A DNA stretch of 64,000 nucleotides. Origin: a virus (lineage: Duplodnaviria; Caudoviricetes). The number at the start of each line of letters is the position of its first letter. Positions within the stretch are counted from its first letter, which is position 1. Both the position numbers and the translations under genes were made by a program. The notes beneath the pieces are model-generated. The model did not search any database. It had not been told where the DNA came from and saw nothing but the letters and a program-made list of their open reading frames with translations. The stretch is from the IMG/VR virus record IMGVR_UViG_3300003375_000001, positions 32,001 to 96,000 of that record. One strand, written 5' to 3'. Of this stretch, positions 38,073 through 46,932 are shown in pieces.

Positions 38073-38222
38073 ATGTTTGTTGCTCGTCGCCTTATAGCCC
38101 AGTATCTAAACGTTCAAATAAGTCCTGATGATACCATGCTGACTATAATGTATTTGGCTGGGGAAGCACAGAACGAAAGAGCGCGGTTAGAAGCCCAAGG
38201 TAATACCGGACCACGAAGGTAA
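38073..38222 (+). CDS. Small chaperone-like ORF (gp51-like, or +1 frameshift extension of 37088)
   Basis: 49 aa; this frame is open back to 37917 across the CTT-TGA stop of the upstream gene; directly precedes the tape-measure-like gene. Confidence 0.5.
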   Translation: MFVARRLIAQYLNVQISPDDTMLTIMYLAGEAQNERARLEAQGNTGPRR

Positions 38223-38227
38223 CAATC

Positions 38228-40834
38228 ATGGCTAAGAACAGAAAAGGCGGCGTCCATGCTGCTAACCAGTCTAAAGCAAAAGCTCGTTGGAAACAAGTAA
38301 CGAAAGACCTTAGTTCACAAGGTTCCATTCCTGCTGGTGACCTTGCTAAACACCTGGCTAAAGACACGGCTGCCCTCTTTTCTGAAATGACTGGGGGTAA
38401 GCCTTCAGCCATCACTAAGTCCATCGAGAACATGCGTAAAAGCGTTGAGTCTCGATCGGATAAAGTCAACGCAATGCAACGTAAGGCCAACGCGGAGCTT
38501 GTAAAGGCTTTAAAGGCTGTCGGAGACGATGACGTAAAACGTAGAGCCGTTGAAGACGAGTTTCAGGCTAAGGTCTTTGATCGTATAGACGCTCTACAGG
38601 AAAAGCTTGGAGACAAGAAGGAGTCTCTTGACGAAAAGCTGAAGGACTTGAAGGAAGAGTTTGTAGACGGTCTCAAAGCGCAAGCTAAAGCGCTGTCCAA
38701 GTCTTACGAGGATCACTTCCAACGTACGCGTAAGCTTCGCAGCAAAGAGTACAGAGACGAACAGGCTAAACTTATTAAGTCACACAGGGAAGACAACGAC
38801 CCGGAGTTTCGTCTTCAAAACGAACTTAACGACCTCCGCAAACAACAACAAATGTTGTCGCGTGGTCTTCTCCGCAGGTATGCGGTAGATCCTTTGATAG
38901 GAAACATCAAAGATAGAGCAAGAGAGAAATGGTCAAACATAAAGCGCAAGACAGGCATAACGGCTGTCAGTAACTTCGTTGATAAGGAACGCAAGCGTAG
39001 GGACGATCTGGATGAACTCAAGTTCAAGATAGCCCAGTCCGAAGCTGAAAAGCTAACGCTTAACCCTACAGCAAAGGCTGCTAGTGGAACTCTGGAGGAC
39101 CAAGCGCAAGGGCAGCTGGCTAATCGTGAAGTAAGTGCCCTAGAAAAGATAGCGCAGTCAATAGGTAGAGGGCGCAAAGACAAGAAAGAGGAAGAGACTT
39201 CAGGCCTGTTAGAAAAGCTTGGCTTAGGCCTGCCTCTTTTAGCAGCAGCTATACCAGCGGCCATATCAGGCCTAGGTAATGTTATAGGCCGCCTGCTTGG
39301 TAAGGTTGCACCCGGAGTAAAGAATGCAGTTGCCAGTGCAGCCGAAGCGGCGTCCAATGGGGCTAGCTCTCTATATAGAGGAGCAAAGAATCTGATTACC
39401 AACCCCGTAGGTACGTTTAAGTCTTGGGTAACCTCTGCAAAGAATGCAGCGGAAGACCTCATTGAATCCGCTTTGTCTAAGTCTAGTAAGGCTTGGGGTA
39501 GTGTTCTCTCTACTATCAGATCAGCACCTGGTGAGGCTATGGAACTCATGCAGAAGGCTGGCCGCAGTGTATTTCAATTTCTCACGGCTGCCCCTAGCAA
39601 GTCGGGATTTCTGAATCTTGTCAAAGGCTTGTTCGCTAAGGTAAACCCCGCTACTGCACTGACAGGTCTTAGAAAACTCATATCTGCTGGTGTTACTGGT
39701 GTCGTGTTTGGCGTTCTTGTTGACATGCTGGTGGACACGGTAGCGTCCTCGCTAGGTCTATCACCTTCCACGGCTAGCCTGGTCAAGATGATATTGAACG
39801 CAGGTATAGCTATAGCCGTAGGCGGCGCAGGAGGCCTCGCTATATACGTGCTTATAGAAGCCTCTATATTTGCATACGAACAGTTTCAGAAGTTCCCTGA
39901 TAAGGAAGCCTTGCTAGCAAAGTTAAAGGGAACTGCGGTAAAGGCCGAAAAAGCTATTGCTTCAGGCGCTAAGGCCGCAGTTAACTACGCGGAAGACGTA
40001 ACTACTACAGCGACCGGCGCAGCATCGCACGCAATAAGTAGTGCAGTGGCCGCAGCTAACGGAGACTACCCCGCTATAGCTGCTAACGTATCGTCCCTGT
40101 CTTCAGGTATAGGTAGTGCCGTATCGAGTGCAACCGACTATGTCTTGGAAGGGGCGGGTAGCGCTTACAAAACAGTAAAGAGTGCTTTAGGCAAACTGTT
40201 TAGGCCGACCAGCCCTGACATAAATGTAGATAAACTGCATCCCGCAATGCAGCACCGATTGCTAGCCATGGCCCAAGAGTACGAGGCTATGTATGGTGAA
40301 CCTCTAGACCTGAACTCTGCTTTCCGATCGTATTCAAAGCAGGCAGAGCTGTATAGAAAAGATCCCAAGAGAGCCGCGCGTCCAGGCACGTCCTTGCACG
40401 AAGTTGGTCTAGCCGCTGACTTCAAGCCGTCTCAAGTGGATAAGCTTAAGTCTGCGGGCCTGCTTGAAAAGTACGGGTTGGAAGGCATAAGAGGTAGCAA
40501 CGAACGTCAGCACGTTCAAATGAAGGGCGGCTCTGCTCTCGCTAAAGCGAACCGGCTTACCGCAGGCGATAACGTGTCTGAAAGAGCGTCTATTGGCAAA
40601 GACGCTATGGAAACAGGGTCCTCAGATAATGCCTCAAACATAAAGGCTTCTCTAAGTGCTACAGGGTCTCCGTCAGCGTCAGGAAATCAGTCCACGTCTG
40701 CCGCTCCATCCAGTATATTCACTAGTAACTCTGGAGGTAGTGGCCTAGGCGGTATATCTATAGACTCCGTACCTACCTTCTCTTATCAAGACCATTCATT
40801 CTTTGCTCTCAACCTCGGCGCTATAGGCGGATAG
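38228..40834 (+). CDS. Tape-measure-like protein with C-terminal M15 Zn-peptidase (peptidoglycan hydrolase) domain
   Basis: Charged coiled-coil N-terminus; Ala/Gly hydrophobic middle; LNSAFRSYSKQAELY..PGTSLHEVGLAADF..NERQHVQ matches the M15 SxHxxGxAxD..ExxH pattern. Confidence 0.8.
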   Translation: MAKNRKGGVHAANQSKAKARWKQVTKDLSSQGSIPAGDLAKHLAKDTAALFSEMTGGKPSAITKSIENMRKSVESRSDKVNAMQRKANAELVKALKAVGDDDVKRRAVEDEFQAKVFDRIDALQEKLGDKKESLDEKLKDLKEEFVDGLKAQAKALSKSYEDHFQRTRKLRSKEYRDEQAKLIKSHREDNDPEFRLQNELNDLRKQQQMLSRGLLRRYAVDPLIGNIKDRAREKWSNIKRKTGITAVSNFVDKERKRRDDLDELKFKIAQSEAEKLTLNPTAKAASGTLEDQAQGQLANREVSALEKIAQSIGRGRKDKKEEETSGLLEKLGLGLPLLAAAIPAAISGLGNVIGRLLGKVAPGVKNAVASAAEAASNGASSLYRGAKNLITNPVGTFKSWVTSAKNAAEDLIESALSKSSKAWGSVLSTIRSAPGEAMELMQKAGRSVFQFLTAAPSKSGFLNLVKGLFAKVNPATALTGLRKLISAGVTGVVFGVLVDMLVDTVASSLGLSPSTASLVKMILNAGIAIAVGGAGGLAIYVLIEASIFAYEQFQKFPDKEALLAKLKGTAVKAEKAIASGAKAAVNYAEDVTTTATGAASHAISSAVAAANGDYPAIAANVSSLSSGIGSAVSSATDYVLEGAGSAYKTVKSALGKLFRPTSPDINVDKLHPAMQHRLLAMAQEYEAMYGEPLDLNSAFRSYSKQAELYRKDPKRAARPGTSLHEVGLAADFKPSQVDKLKSAGLLEKYGLEGIRGSNERQHVQMKGGSALAKANRLTAGDNVSERASIGKDAMETGSSDNASNIKASLSATGSPSASGNQSTSAAPSSIFTSNSGGSGLGGISIDSVPTFSYQDHSFFALNLGAIGG

Positions 40835-40835
40835 T

Positions 40836-41957
40836 ATGTTAGGACTCAGTAACGCGCGTCTTATAGCGAAGGCTGTTCAATATCATAACGGTAAGGTAGA
40901 TGAGTACGTACCAAAGAAACAGTCTTTGCTATCTCGCGTGGCAGAGACGTTAGGCGTGAACCCTACACTACTTGCGGGCGGTGCTGTGACCATGGTTGTT
41001 GGTGCTGTAGGCGCTGCGGTATACGCGCTTATGCATGCGCACAAGGACTCTATAGACGATATGGCCGAGACTATAGAGAAGGACAACGATACCAAACTAG
41101 CGACATCGCCAACATCAGGCCCCGTTTCGGTATCACCTGCAGTACTTAACGCCTCTGCTCCTGTGCAACAGCCTGCAGTGCAAGCTACGACAGACAGCCA
41201 GCCCTTATCGTTAGCTCCACACAAAGGAGCCTCTATAACTGGAGCCTTGACTATTCAATCTGAGGCTCATGGTAACCGTAAGCTTATTACTAATACGGTT
41301 GCTACGAAACGAGGTATTGACACTGCTAGCTACGGTGCCTTTCAAATGACGGGCACTACGCTTAAGGACTACATCGCTAGCTCCAAGTATGGAGCTAAGC
41401 TTAGCGGACTTAAGCCTGGCAGCTCCGCGTTTACTAATAAGTGGGCAGAGCTAACAAATGGCATAGACGGCGATGCATTCATAGAAGATCAAAAGAACTA
41501 CTTGGTAGAAAAGCTTCTCAAGCCCTATGTTATAAAACCGCTTGCAGCTAAAGGAATCAAGTTTGACAGCTTGCCACCACGAACCCAAGAGTTCTTGTTT
41601 TCCGCCGCAGTAAACACTCCGGCTCTAGCCAAGAAGTCTGTAATGACTCTCGGAGAGGGTGCTAGCTCGTCTGACATAGTGATGGCTATCAGCAAGGCTA
41701 GGGCTGATAAGTATTCAGCCAACTCTATAGAACTGAAGACTGGTCTATATAGACGACTTGTAGACGAGGCTGACTACGCTGGGGTTAAGTTAAGCCTTAA
41801 CGATTTTTCTGGACCTGTTCAAGTGGATTTGTCCAAACTTCTAAGCCCACCTGTTAGACTCGCTCAAAACGCAGCTCCTCCCGTCTCTCTAACCACATCT
41901 CCTTTACCACCTCAGACTATATTCAAAACGAAATCAGGCATACTTGCCGTAAGTTAA
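40836..41957 (+). CDS. Virion-associated lysozyme-like protein with N-terminal hydrophobic helix (VgrG3-C-like muramidase)
   Basis: QSE..G..ASYGAFQM..Y...LSGLKPGS.AF..KW.EL..F.E.Q..Y pattern resembles the V. cholerae VgrG3 C-terminal peptidoglycan hydrolase; TM-like LLAGGAVTMVVGAVGAAVYALM. Confidence 0.6.
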   Translation: MLGLSNARLIAKAVQYHNGKVDEYVPKKQSLLSRVAETLGVNPTLLAGGAVTMVVGAVGAAVYALMHAHKDSIDDMAETIEKDNDTKLATSPTSGPVSVSPAVLNASAPVQQPAVQATTDSQPLSLAPHKGASITGALTIQSEAHGNRKLITNTVATKRGIDTASYGAFQMTGTTLKDYIASSKYGAKLSGLKPGSSAFTNKWAELTNGIDGDAFIEDQKNYLVEKLLKPYVIKPLAAKGIKFDSLPPRTQEFLFSAAVNTPALAKKSVMTLGEGASSSDIVMAISKARADKYSANSIELKTGLYRRLVDEADYAGVKLSLNDFSGPVQVDLSKLLSPPVRLAQNAAPPVSLTTSPLPPQTIFKTKSGILAVS

Positions 41958-41967
41958 AGGTAACACC

Positions 41968-42987
41968 ATGTCTTTAGATAGCATACTGACGCAGGCGGCA
42001 AACGCGCTAGGCGCGTCTATAGGTGCAGCCGTTAGCCCTACCACTGCGGCAACTACTACCATGCCGCCAGACTTGTCTACCAACCAGACTCTAAAAGGCA
42101 TACTCAAAACCAAGTCTCTTCTGCCAGAATACGCTTGCTTTGTAGTTTGCAATGATAGAAAGATATACGTTGCGGCGGCCTTGCCTGATCAGTTTACACT
42201 AGGCTCTAGCGCAGAATATGACAGGCCCTTTGCTGATACTTTGCCTAACAAGGCTAGTATGATTGGAGGTATTCCAAAACTAATTGGGATGCAGCCTCTA
42301 GTTCAGGCCTTGACTGCTCGCTTTTGGTCGGGGTCGTCTTCCGGAAGCATTCGTTTACCTATAGTACTTCAAGCTCAGACTAATGAGGTCAACGATGTTC
42401 TAAAGCCGTTCGCTGACCTCATGACTCTTATGCTGCCTTCGGCTCCTAATGGCCTGGGTTCTATCCTTAGAAGCCCTGGTCCAAGCTTTAGTGTTACCAA
42501 AGCTGTTCAAGCTGGTAACAGTCTTGTTCGTAAGGTCGCTCAAGGTGCTAGCGACGCTGCAAGCTCTTTTTCCTTGCCTAGCCTATCGAGTCTAACAAGC
42601 GTAAAGGACACGGTGTCTAGTCTGATAGGAGGCCTTAACGACAACAAAACTGTGGCCCAAATAACATCAGGTATATCGTCCATAGAGTCTGCTTCCACGT
42701 CGGCTTTCAATACCCTGGACTCAGCTATCAAGAATAAGATATCTATTCAGATAGGCCGGTACATGATTTTTGACAACGTGGTAATCCGCAACGTGTCTAG
42801 CACTCACAAGGTTCAGCCAGTTGGCGGTCTATACGGATCATCGACGGGTAACATGCAGAGGATTGACGTTGAGCTAGAATTCGAGCCTTTCTTCGACTTG
42901 ACCATTCAGAGCCTTCAGTCTATTTTTCTGGATCAGACTCTTAGGGACTATATGACCTCACAATTAAAGAACGCGTCAGGAGTATAG
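41968..42987 (+). CDS. Baseplate protein (probable tube-cap/hub component)
   Basis: 339 aa; FWSGSSS..IRLPIVL and ISIQIGRYMIFDNVVIRNVS..IDVELEFEP segments; lies before the gp53-like gene. Confidence 0.45.
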   Translation: MSLDSILTQAANALGASIGAAVSPTTAATTTMPPDLSTNQTLKGILKTKSLLPEYACFVVCNDRKIYVAAALPDQFTLGSSAEYDRPFADTLPNKASMIGGIPKLIGMQPLVQALTARFWSGSSSGSIRLPIVLQAQTNEVNDVLKPFADLMTLMLPSAPNGLGSILRSPGPSFSVTKAVQAGNSLVRKVAQGASDAASSFSLPSLSSLTSVKDTVSSLIGGLNDNKTVAQITSGISSIESASTSAFNTLDSAIKNKISIQIGRYMIFDNVVIRNVSSTHKVQPVGGLYGSSTGNMQRIDVELEFEPFFDLTIQSLQSIFLDQTLRDYMTSQLKNASGV

Positions 42988-42991
42988 TAGC

Positions 42992-43336
42992 ATGTCTGTT
43001 TACGCAATTGAAAATTTTCACACGCTTGAGACTTCAGGTGTTCCTGATATATTCTCTGCTCAGTATGCTAACATGAGGTTTGAAGTACCGCGGTCAGAAT
43101 ACGTTGTAGTAGACGCTCAATGGCAAGCCAATCTTCCAGGGTTAGCCGCAGCAAAACTAGGTAGCCAGTACTTATGGTGGGTCCTACTAATGTATAACGG
43201 CCTGGACGACAGCGTTAACGATGTTGTCCCCGGCGTTAAACTAGCAATACCTGACCCTCAAGCTCTGCTTACTTATCTAAGGCAAGCGCCTGCTGTTAGC
43301 AACGTAGGTCTGAACCTTGGATCAACTGTCTTGTAA
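42992..43336 (+). CDS. Baseplate wedge LysM-like protein (T4 gp53 / P2 gpX-like)
   Basis: LAAAKLGSQYLWWVLLMYNGLDD..V.PGVKLAIP. Confidence 0.8.
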   Translation: MSVYAIENFHTLETSGVPDIFSAQYANMRFEVPRSEYVVVDAQWQANLPGLAAAKLGSQYLWWVLLMYNGLDDSVNDVVPGVKLAIPDPQALLTYLRQAPAVSNVGLNLGSTVL

Positions 43337-43341
43337 CCATA

Positions 43342-45267
43342 ATGGCTTACGAACTTGAAAACGGCGTACGTGTTGCCATATACTTTGCTGATCAAGAATT
43401 CGATTTTAGCAAAGGCAACATACTAAACTTTTTGCACATGGCCGAGTCCACGCGCTTGGGTGTGCCTATGATTCACCTTAGCCTAACGGACACCTCAGGC
43501 TGGTTTACTGACAACCCTGTGTTAGGTGATGGCATTGTAATTCGTGTAGACATAACACGTAACTCCGGCGACAACTCAAACAACACCGTTACTGAGTTCG
43601 CGTTGAACTTTTTTAATGAGACAGCCACTACAGCTGGTAAGGTATACAAGATAGACGGTTACTATAATGTACCTATCTACTGGGCTGCTTCAACTTCAAC
43701 GCCTGTTAAGGGAACAGCCTACGACGTGCTATCCAAGATATGCGATGCCACAGAACTTACCTTAGACGCGCAAGGCACTAACGATAGCCAGATATGGTAT
43801 CCTAGAAATGAGCCTTTCTACAAATTTGCCAAGAGGGTAACAAGCTATGGATACGTCTCAGACAATTCGTGCCTATCTATGGCTGTTAGTATGGACGGTT
43901 ATCTTTACCTCCGGGACATTTCCCAGATGGATGACCAGGCGTATGACTTTGGTCTGTATGACTTTACTAATCCTGACGTGTTTACTGTGGTTGGATACAA
44001 GCCGTTTGTGGCTTCAGGCGCCTTCAACCAACTTGGAGGGTACAGCTTCGAGTCTGTAGAACAGAGTATGGCGAAGGCCGACACCCGTGTCTTCACTTCT
44101 GTCCAGTTTAAGGCTAACGAATCCGGGTCTCTGATGGTTAACAACGATATAAGAGACAAGCTTCCTCAAAGCCGTGTTGCTTACGCGCCTATAGATGTAG
44201 GCAACACGCACGATGAATTTCAGAGAGCCTATTACCAAAATCAGCGTGTTGCTAACCTGTTCACGTCCGGCCTTGAGATACTTACTGACTCCATGACGGA
44301 TGTATCCGTGTTAAGTACAGTAAGGTTTAATACACCACAGGAAATAAATTCTACTGTGGTAGGCATAGACACGTACTCAGGTACTTATAGAGTAACGTCA
44401 AAGACCATCTATATTAGAAACGCAAGGTACGTAGAAAAGTTTGAGCTGGTTAGACGTACTCTAAACACCCTGGTACCTTCTGCTACTACTGGAGATGCCG
44501 CAGGGGCTCAACTAAACATACCTATCGAGTTCAAGGTACCCTCTCTATCTAACTTCTCTGTACTGGACGCTATATCTCTAGTAGGATCTATATCTAACGG
44601 TCTTCCTGACAGTCTTTCCAGTGCCGTTGACTCAGCCGAGTCAACGCTATCAGGATTGGCGTCCTCTGCTGCATCCGCTGTGTCTGGCCCTATGTCAGCT
44701 CTTACTTCTCTAACCTCTTCGGTAAGTGCATCCATGGCGTCGATTAACACCTCAGCGTTAGCGTCTATTTCCGCGGCCAAAGCAGCAAATTTGGCTGCAC
44801 ATACCGCATGGGTTGCCGCGGGGAGTATACCTCCAGCTCCTGTTGGGGTAGACCTCGTAGCGTTAGCCACTTCAGCCAGTGCGTCTATCGCAGGTGTTCT
44901 AAGTGCTTCAGCGTCAGCCATAGCTATACAACAGAATAGAGCTATCAGTGTAGGCGGTATCAAGCAAGCCCTTAGTTCTAAGCTAGACGGTCTAACCTCT
45001 CAGCTTACCAGTAGTTGTGAAGCTGCGGCCACTGAAATGACAGGGCTTATGGACTCTATAGCCGACACTACTATTGCTTCCTTACACACATCTTTTGGGT
45101 CTGTCGTAAGTAGCGCGTCTTCTGCGGAAGCGTCTGTGTCCTCTGAGGTAACTAGTGCGCAGTCTGCGTTGTCTAGTGCTATCTCTCAGGCTTCCAGTGC
45201 TATGACTACCCTTAACACAGCCAGTTCCAACTATGCTTCACAACTAATGACGGCGGCTACAACATGA
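43342..45267 (+). CDS. Baseplate hub protein (gp27 / P2 gpD-like) with Ser/Ala-rich C-terminal extension
   Basis: Lies between gp53-like and spike genes; QIWYPRNE..FAKR and YSGTYRVTSKTIYI..EKFELVR hub-type segments. Confidence 0.6.
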   Translation: MAYELENGVRVAIYFADQEFDFSKGNILNFLHMAESTRLGVPMIHLSLTDTSGWFTDNPVLGDGIVIRVDITRNSGDNSNNTVTEFALNFFNETATTAGKVYKIDGYYNVPIYWAASTSTPVKGTAYDVLSKICDATELTLDAQGTNDSQIWYPRNEPFYKFAKRVTSYGYVSDNSCLSMAVSMDGYLYLRDISQMDDQAYDFGLYDFTNPDVFTVVGYKPFVASGAFNQLGGYSFESVEQSMAKADTRVFTSVQFKANESGSLMVNNDIRDKLPQSRVAYAPIDVGNTHDEFQRAYYQNQRVANLFTSGLEILTDSMTDVSVLSTVRFNTPQEINSTVVGIDTYSGTYRVTSKTIYIRNARYVEKFELVRRTLNTLVPSATTGDAAGAQLNIPIEFKVPSLSNFSVLDAISLVGSISNGLPDSLSSAVDSAESTLSGLASSAASAVSGPMSALTSLTSSVSASMASINTSALASISAAKAANLAAHTAWVAAGSIPPAPVGVDLVALATSASASIAGVLSASASAIAIQQNRAISVGGIKQALSSKLDGLTSQLTSSCEAAATEMTGLMDSIADTTIASLHTSFGSVVSSASSAEASVSSEVTSAQSALSSAISQASSAMTTLNTASSNYASQLMTAATT

Positions 45268-46058
45268 GTGTACTAGGACTAAGTCAACAGTCGGAAGACG
45301 GCTACGATAGGTATCTTACCGGTAAGGTAGTTGATAACAATGACCCTGAAATGCTTCAGAGAGTTAGAGTCGTCATCCCGCGTTTATTTAGCGACGACGT
45401 CCCCGTAGACCTGTTACCGTGGATAGGTCCTAGGAATCGTAGCTTCTTTGGGATAGGCGATAACTACGGAACTATTAGCATACCTGTCATAGGCTCTAGA
45501 GTAGCAGTCTACTTACAGAATGGACAAGCAGAGTATGGACTAGTTGATCACGACTTGATCAACACACAGTTTACTCTTCCTGAAGAATTTCAGACTAACT
45601 ATCCTAATCGAGTTGGCCTGAAGACGCCAACGGGAGATGTCTTCTACTACGAGGTTAACACCGGCCAGTGGTTCTTCCGTCATAACAAGGGGACATCTAT
45701 TCGTGTAGACGCCGATGGCAATGTATTCAAGTCGGTAGCTGGAAACTACACCGAATACGTGAAAGGTAACTATACTAGGGTTGTTGAAGGTGACAACATA
45801 GAAACGGTAAAAGGTAACTCTACCCTATCATATGGAAGCACTGTTCTAAGTGTAAAAGGCTCATACGGGGTAACAGTCTCATCCGACTTTTCTAACCTGG
45901 TCTCGGGGTCTACTACAACATCTACCTCTTCTTGGACACACTCTGGGCTATTAAAGTCGTCTGATGACATAATAGCGGTTAGTACCAGCTTGATGAACCA
46001 TCAGCATGAGTATGACGACGCTGGTAACCCAAATATCACAAACATACCTAATGCTTGA
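45264..46058 (+). CDS. Central baseplate spike (gp5 / P2 gpV-like), no lysozyme domain
   Basis: OB-fold GKVVDNNDPEMLQRVRVVIP..LPW..PVIGSRV; VxGN beta-helix repeats; apex HQH (HxH iron-binding) motif. Confidence 0.9.
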   Translation: MSVLGLSQQSEDGYDRYLTGKVVDNNDPEMLQRVRVVIPRLFSDDVPVDLLPWIGPRNRSFFGIGDNYGTISIPVIGSRVAVYLQNGQAEYGLVDHDLINTQFTLPEEFQTNYPNRVGLKTPTGDVFYYEVNTGQWFFRHNKGTSIRVDADGNVFKSVAGNYTEYVKGNYTRVVEGDNIETVKGNSTLSYGSTVLSVKGSYGVTVSSDFSNLVSGSTTTSTSSWTHSGLLKSSDDIIAVSTSLMNHQHEYDDAGNPNITNIPNA

Positions 46059-46066
46059 GGTAAATC

Positions 46067-46498
46067 ATGAGTCAAATAGACAATGTAGATCAGTTTAACC
46101 TCCTGACGCCGGCCAAACGAATATCCAACGCCACTTTCCTTGATGTAAATCCTCTTCCTAACCCCGGGTCTACGGAACTTCTTATAGACGCTGCCGCTGT
46201 TCTCGCGTCTATCCGCAATTTGATAAAGAGCTTCAACGGTACCCGAGGTCGTATATTCACGCCTGACTATTTCAGCGGTTTATACGAGTTGCTACAGGAA
46301 CCCTTTGACGACATAACTTCTACGAAGATGTCCATAGCTTTATACCAAAGCTTGTCCAAGTGGGAGCCTAGAGTGACTTGGGTGCCAGCGGATGTTAGTG
46401 TGTCTCCTAACTACCTAAACGTTGGCTATGACATAAGCCTTAACATAAACATTGACGGCACACTGGTTAACCACACCTTCTTACTTCCTAAGTCATGA
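46067..46498 (+). CDS. Baseplate wedge protein, gp25-like
   Basis: SIRNLIKSFNGTRGRIFTPDYFSGLYELLQEP..I...LSKWEPRV. Confidence 0.85.
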   Translation: MSQIDNVDQFNLLTPAKRISNATFLDVNPLPNPGSTELLIDAAAVLASIRNLIKSFNGTRGRIFTPDYFSGLYELLQEPFDDITSTKMSIALYQSLSKWEPRVTWVPADVSVSPNYLNVGYDISLNINIDGTLVNHTFLLPKS

Positions 46499-46932
46499 AC
46501 ACAAAAACGTTTATAGTAGCTCAATGGTTAACCACGTTTTCATTAGCAGTGGTTCATGAAGTATGTCTTAGTTGTGGCATAACGCCTTCAGTTAGACCAG
46601 GGTACGGTTGCTACATACAGTCTTATAGCGCCTTAGGTAATAGAGAGTTCAATGAAATAGGATCTAACCTAGCCGTATACATAACCGGTGCTTATTTACA
46701 TCCGAATGGTTCTCTAGGCTTAATTATAGAGTCGAGAGGCCTAAGAGAACGAACAACACAGAGAGACCTAAGCGCAGTGTTCAAGGACTTGGAGGACGAG
46801 ATCCTTGTAACCTCTCAGGCTTCCGTAGCCTCTGTTGCTAGGCTTGAAAACAGACTTCGTAAGAAACCAATACTTGTCACGCTAACTGACGAGGTAATAC
46901 TTGAAACGGTGGAACAAAATGGCAAGCATTGA
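46495..46932 (+). CDS. Hypothetical protein
   Basis: 145 aa; ATGA-coupled to the gp25-like gene. Confidence 0.55.
   Translation: MNTKTFIVAQWLTTFSLAVVHEVCLSCGITPSVRPGYGCYIQSYSALGNREFNEIGSNLAVYITGAYLHPNGSLGLIIESRGLRERTTQRDLSAVFKDLEDEILVTSQASVASVARLENRLRKKPILVTLTDEVILETVEQNGKH

Noticed and set aside
38815-44963. Minus-strand ORFs 38815..39549 and 44508..44963
   Set aside because: Shadows of Ala/Ser-rich + strand sequence
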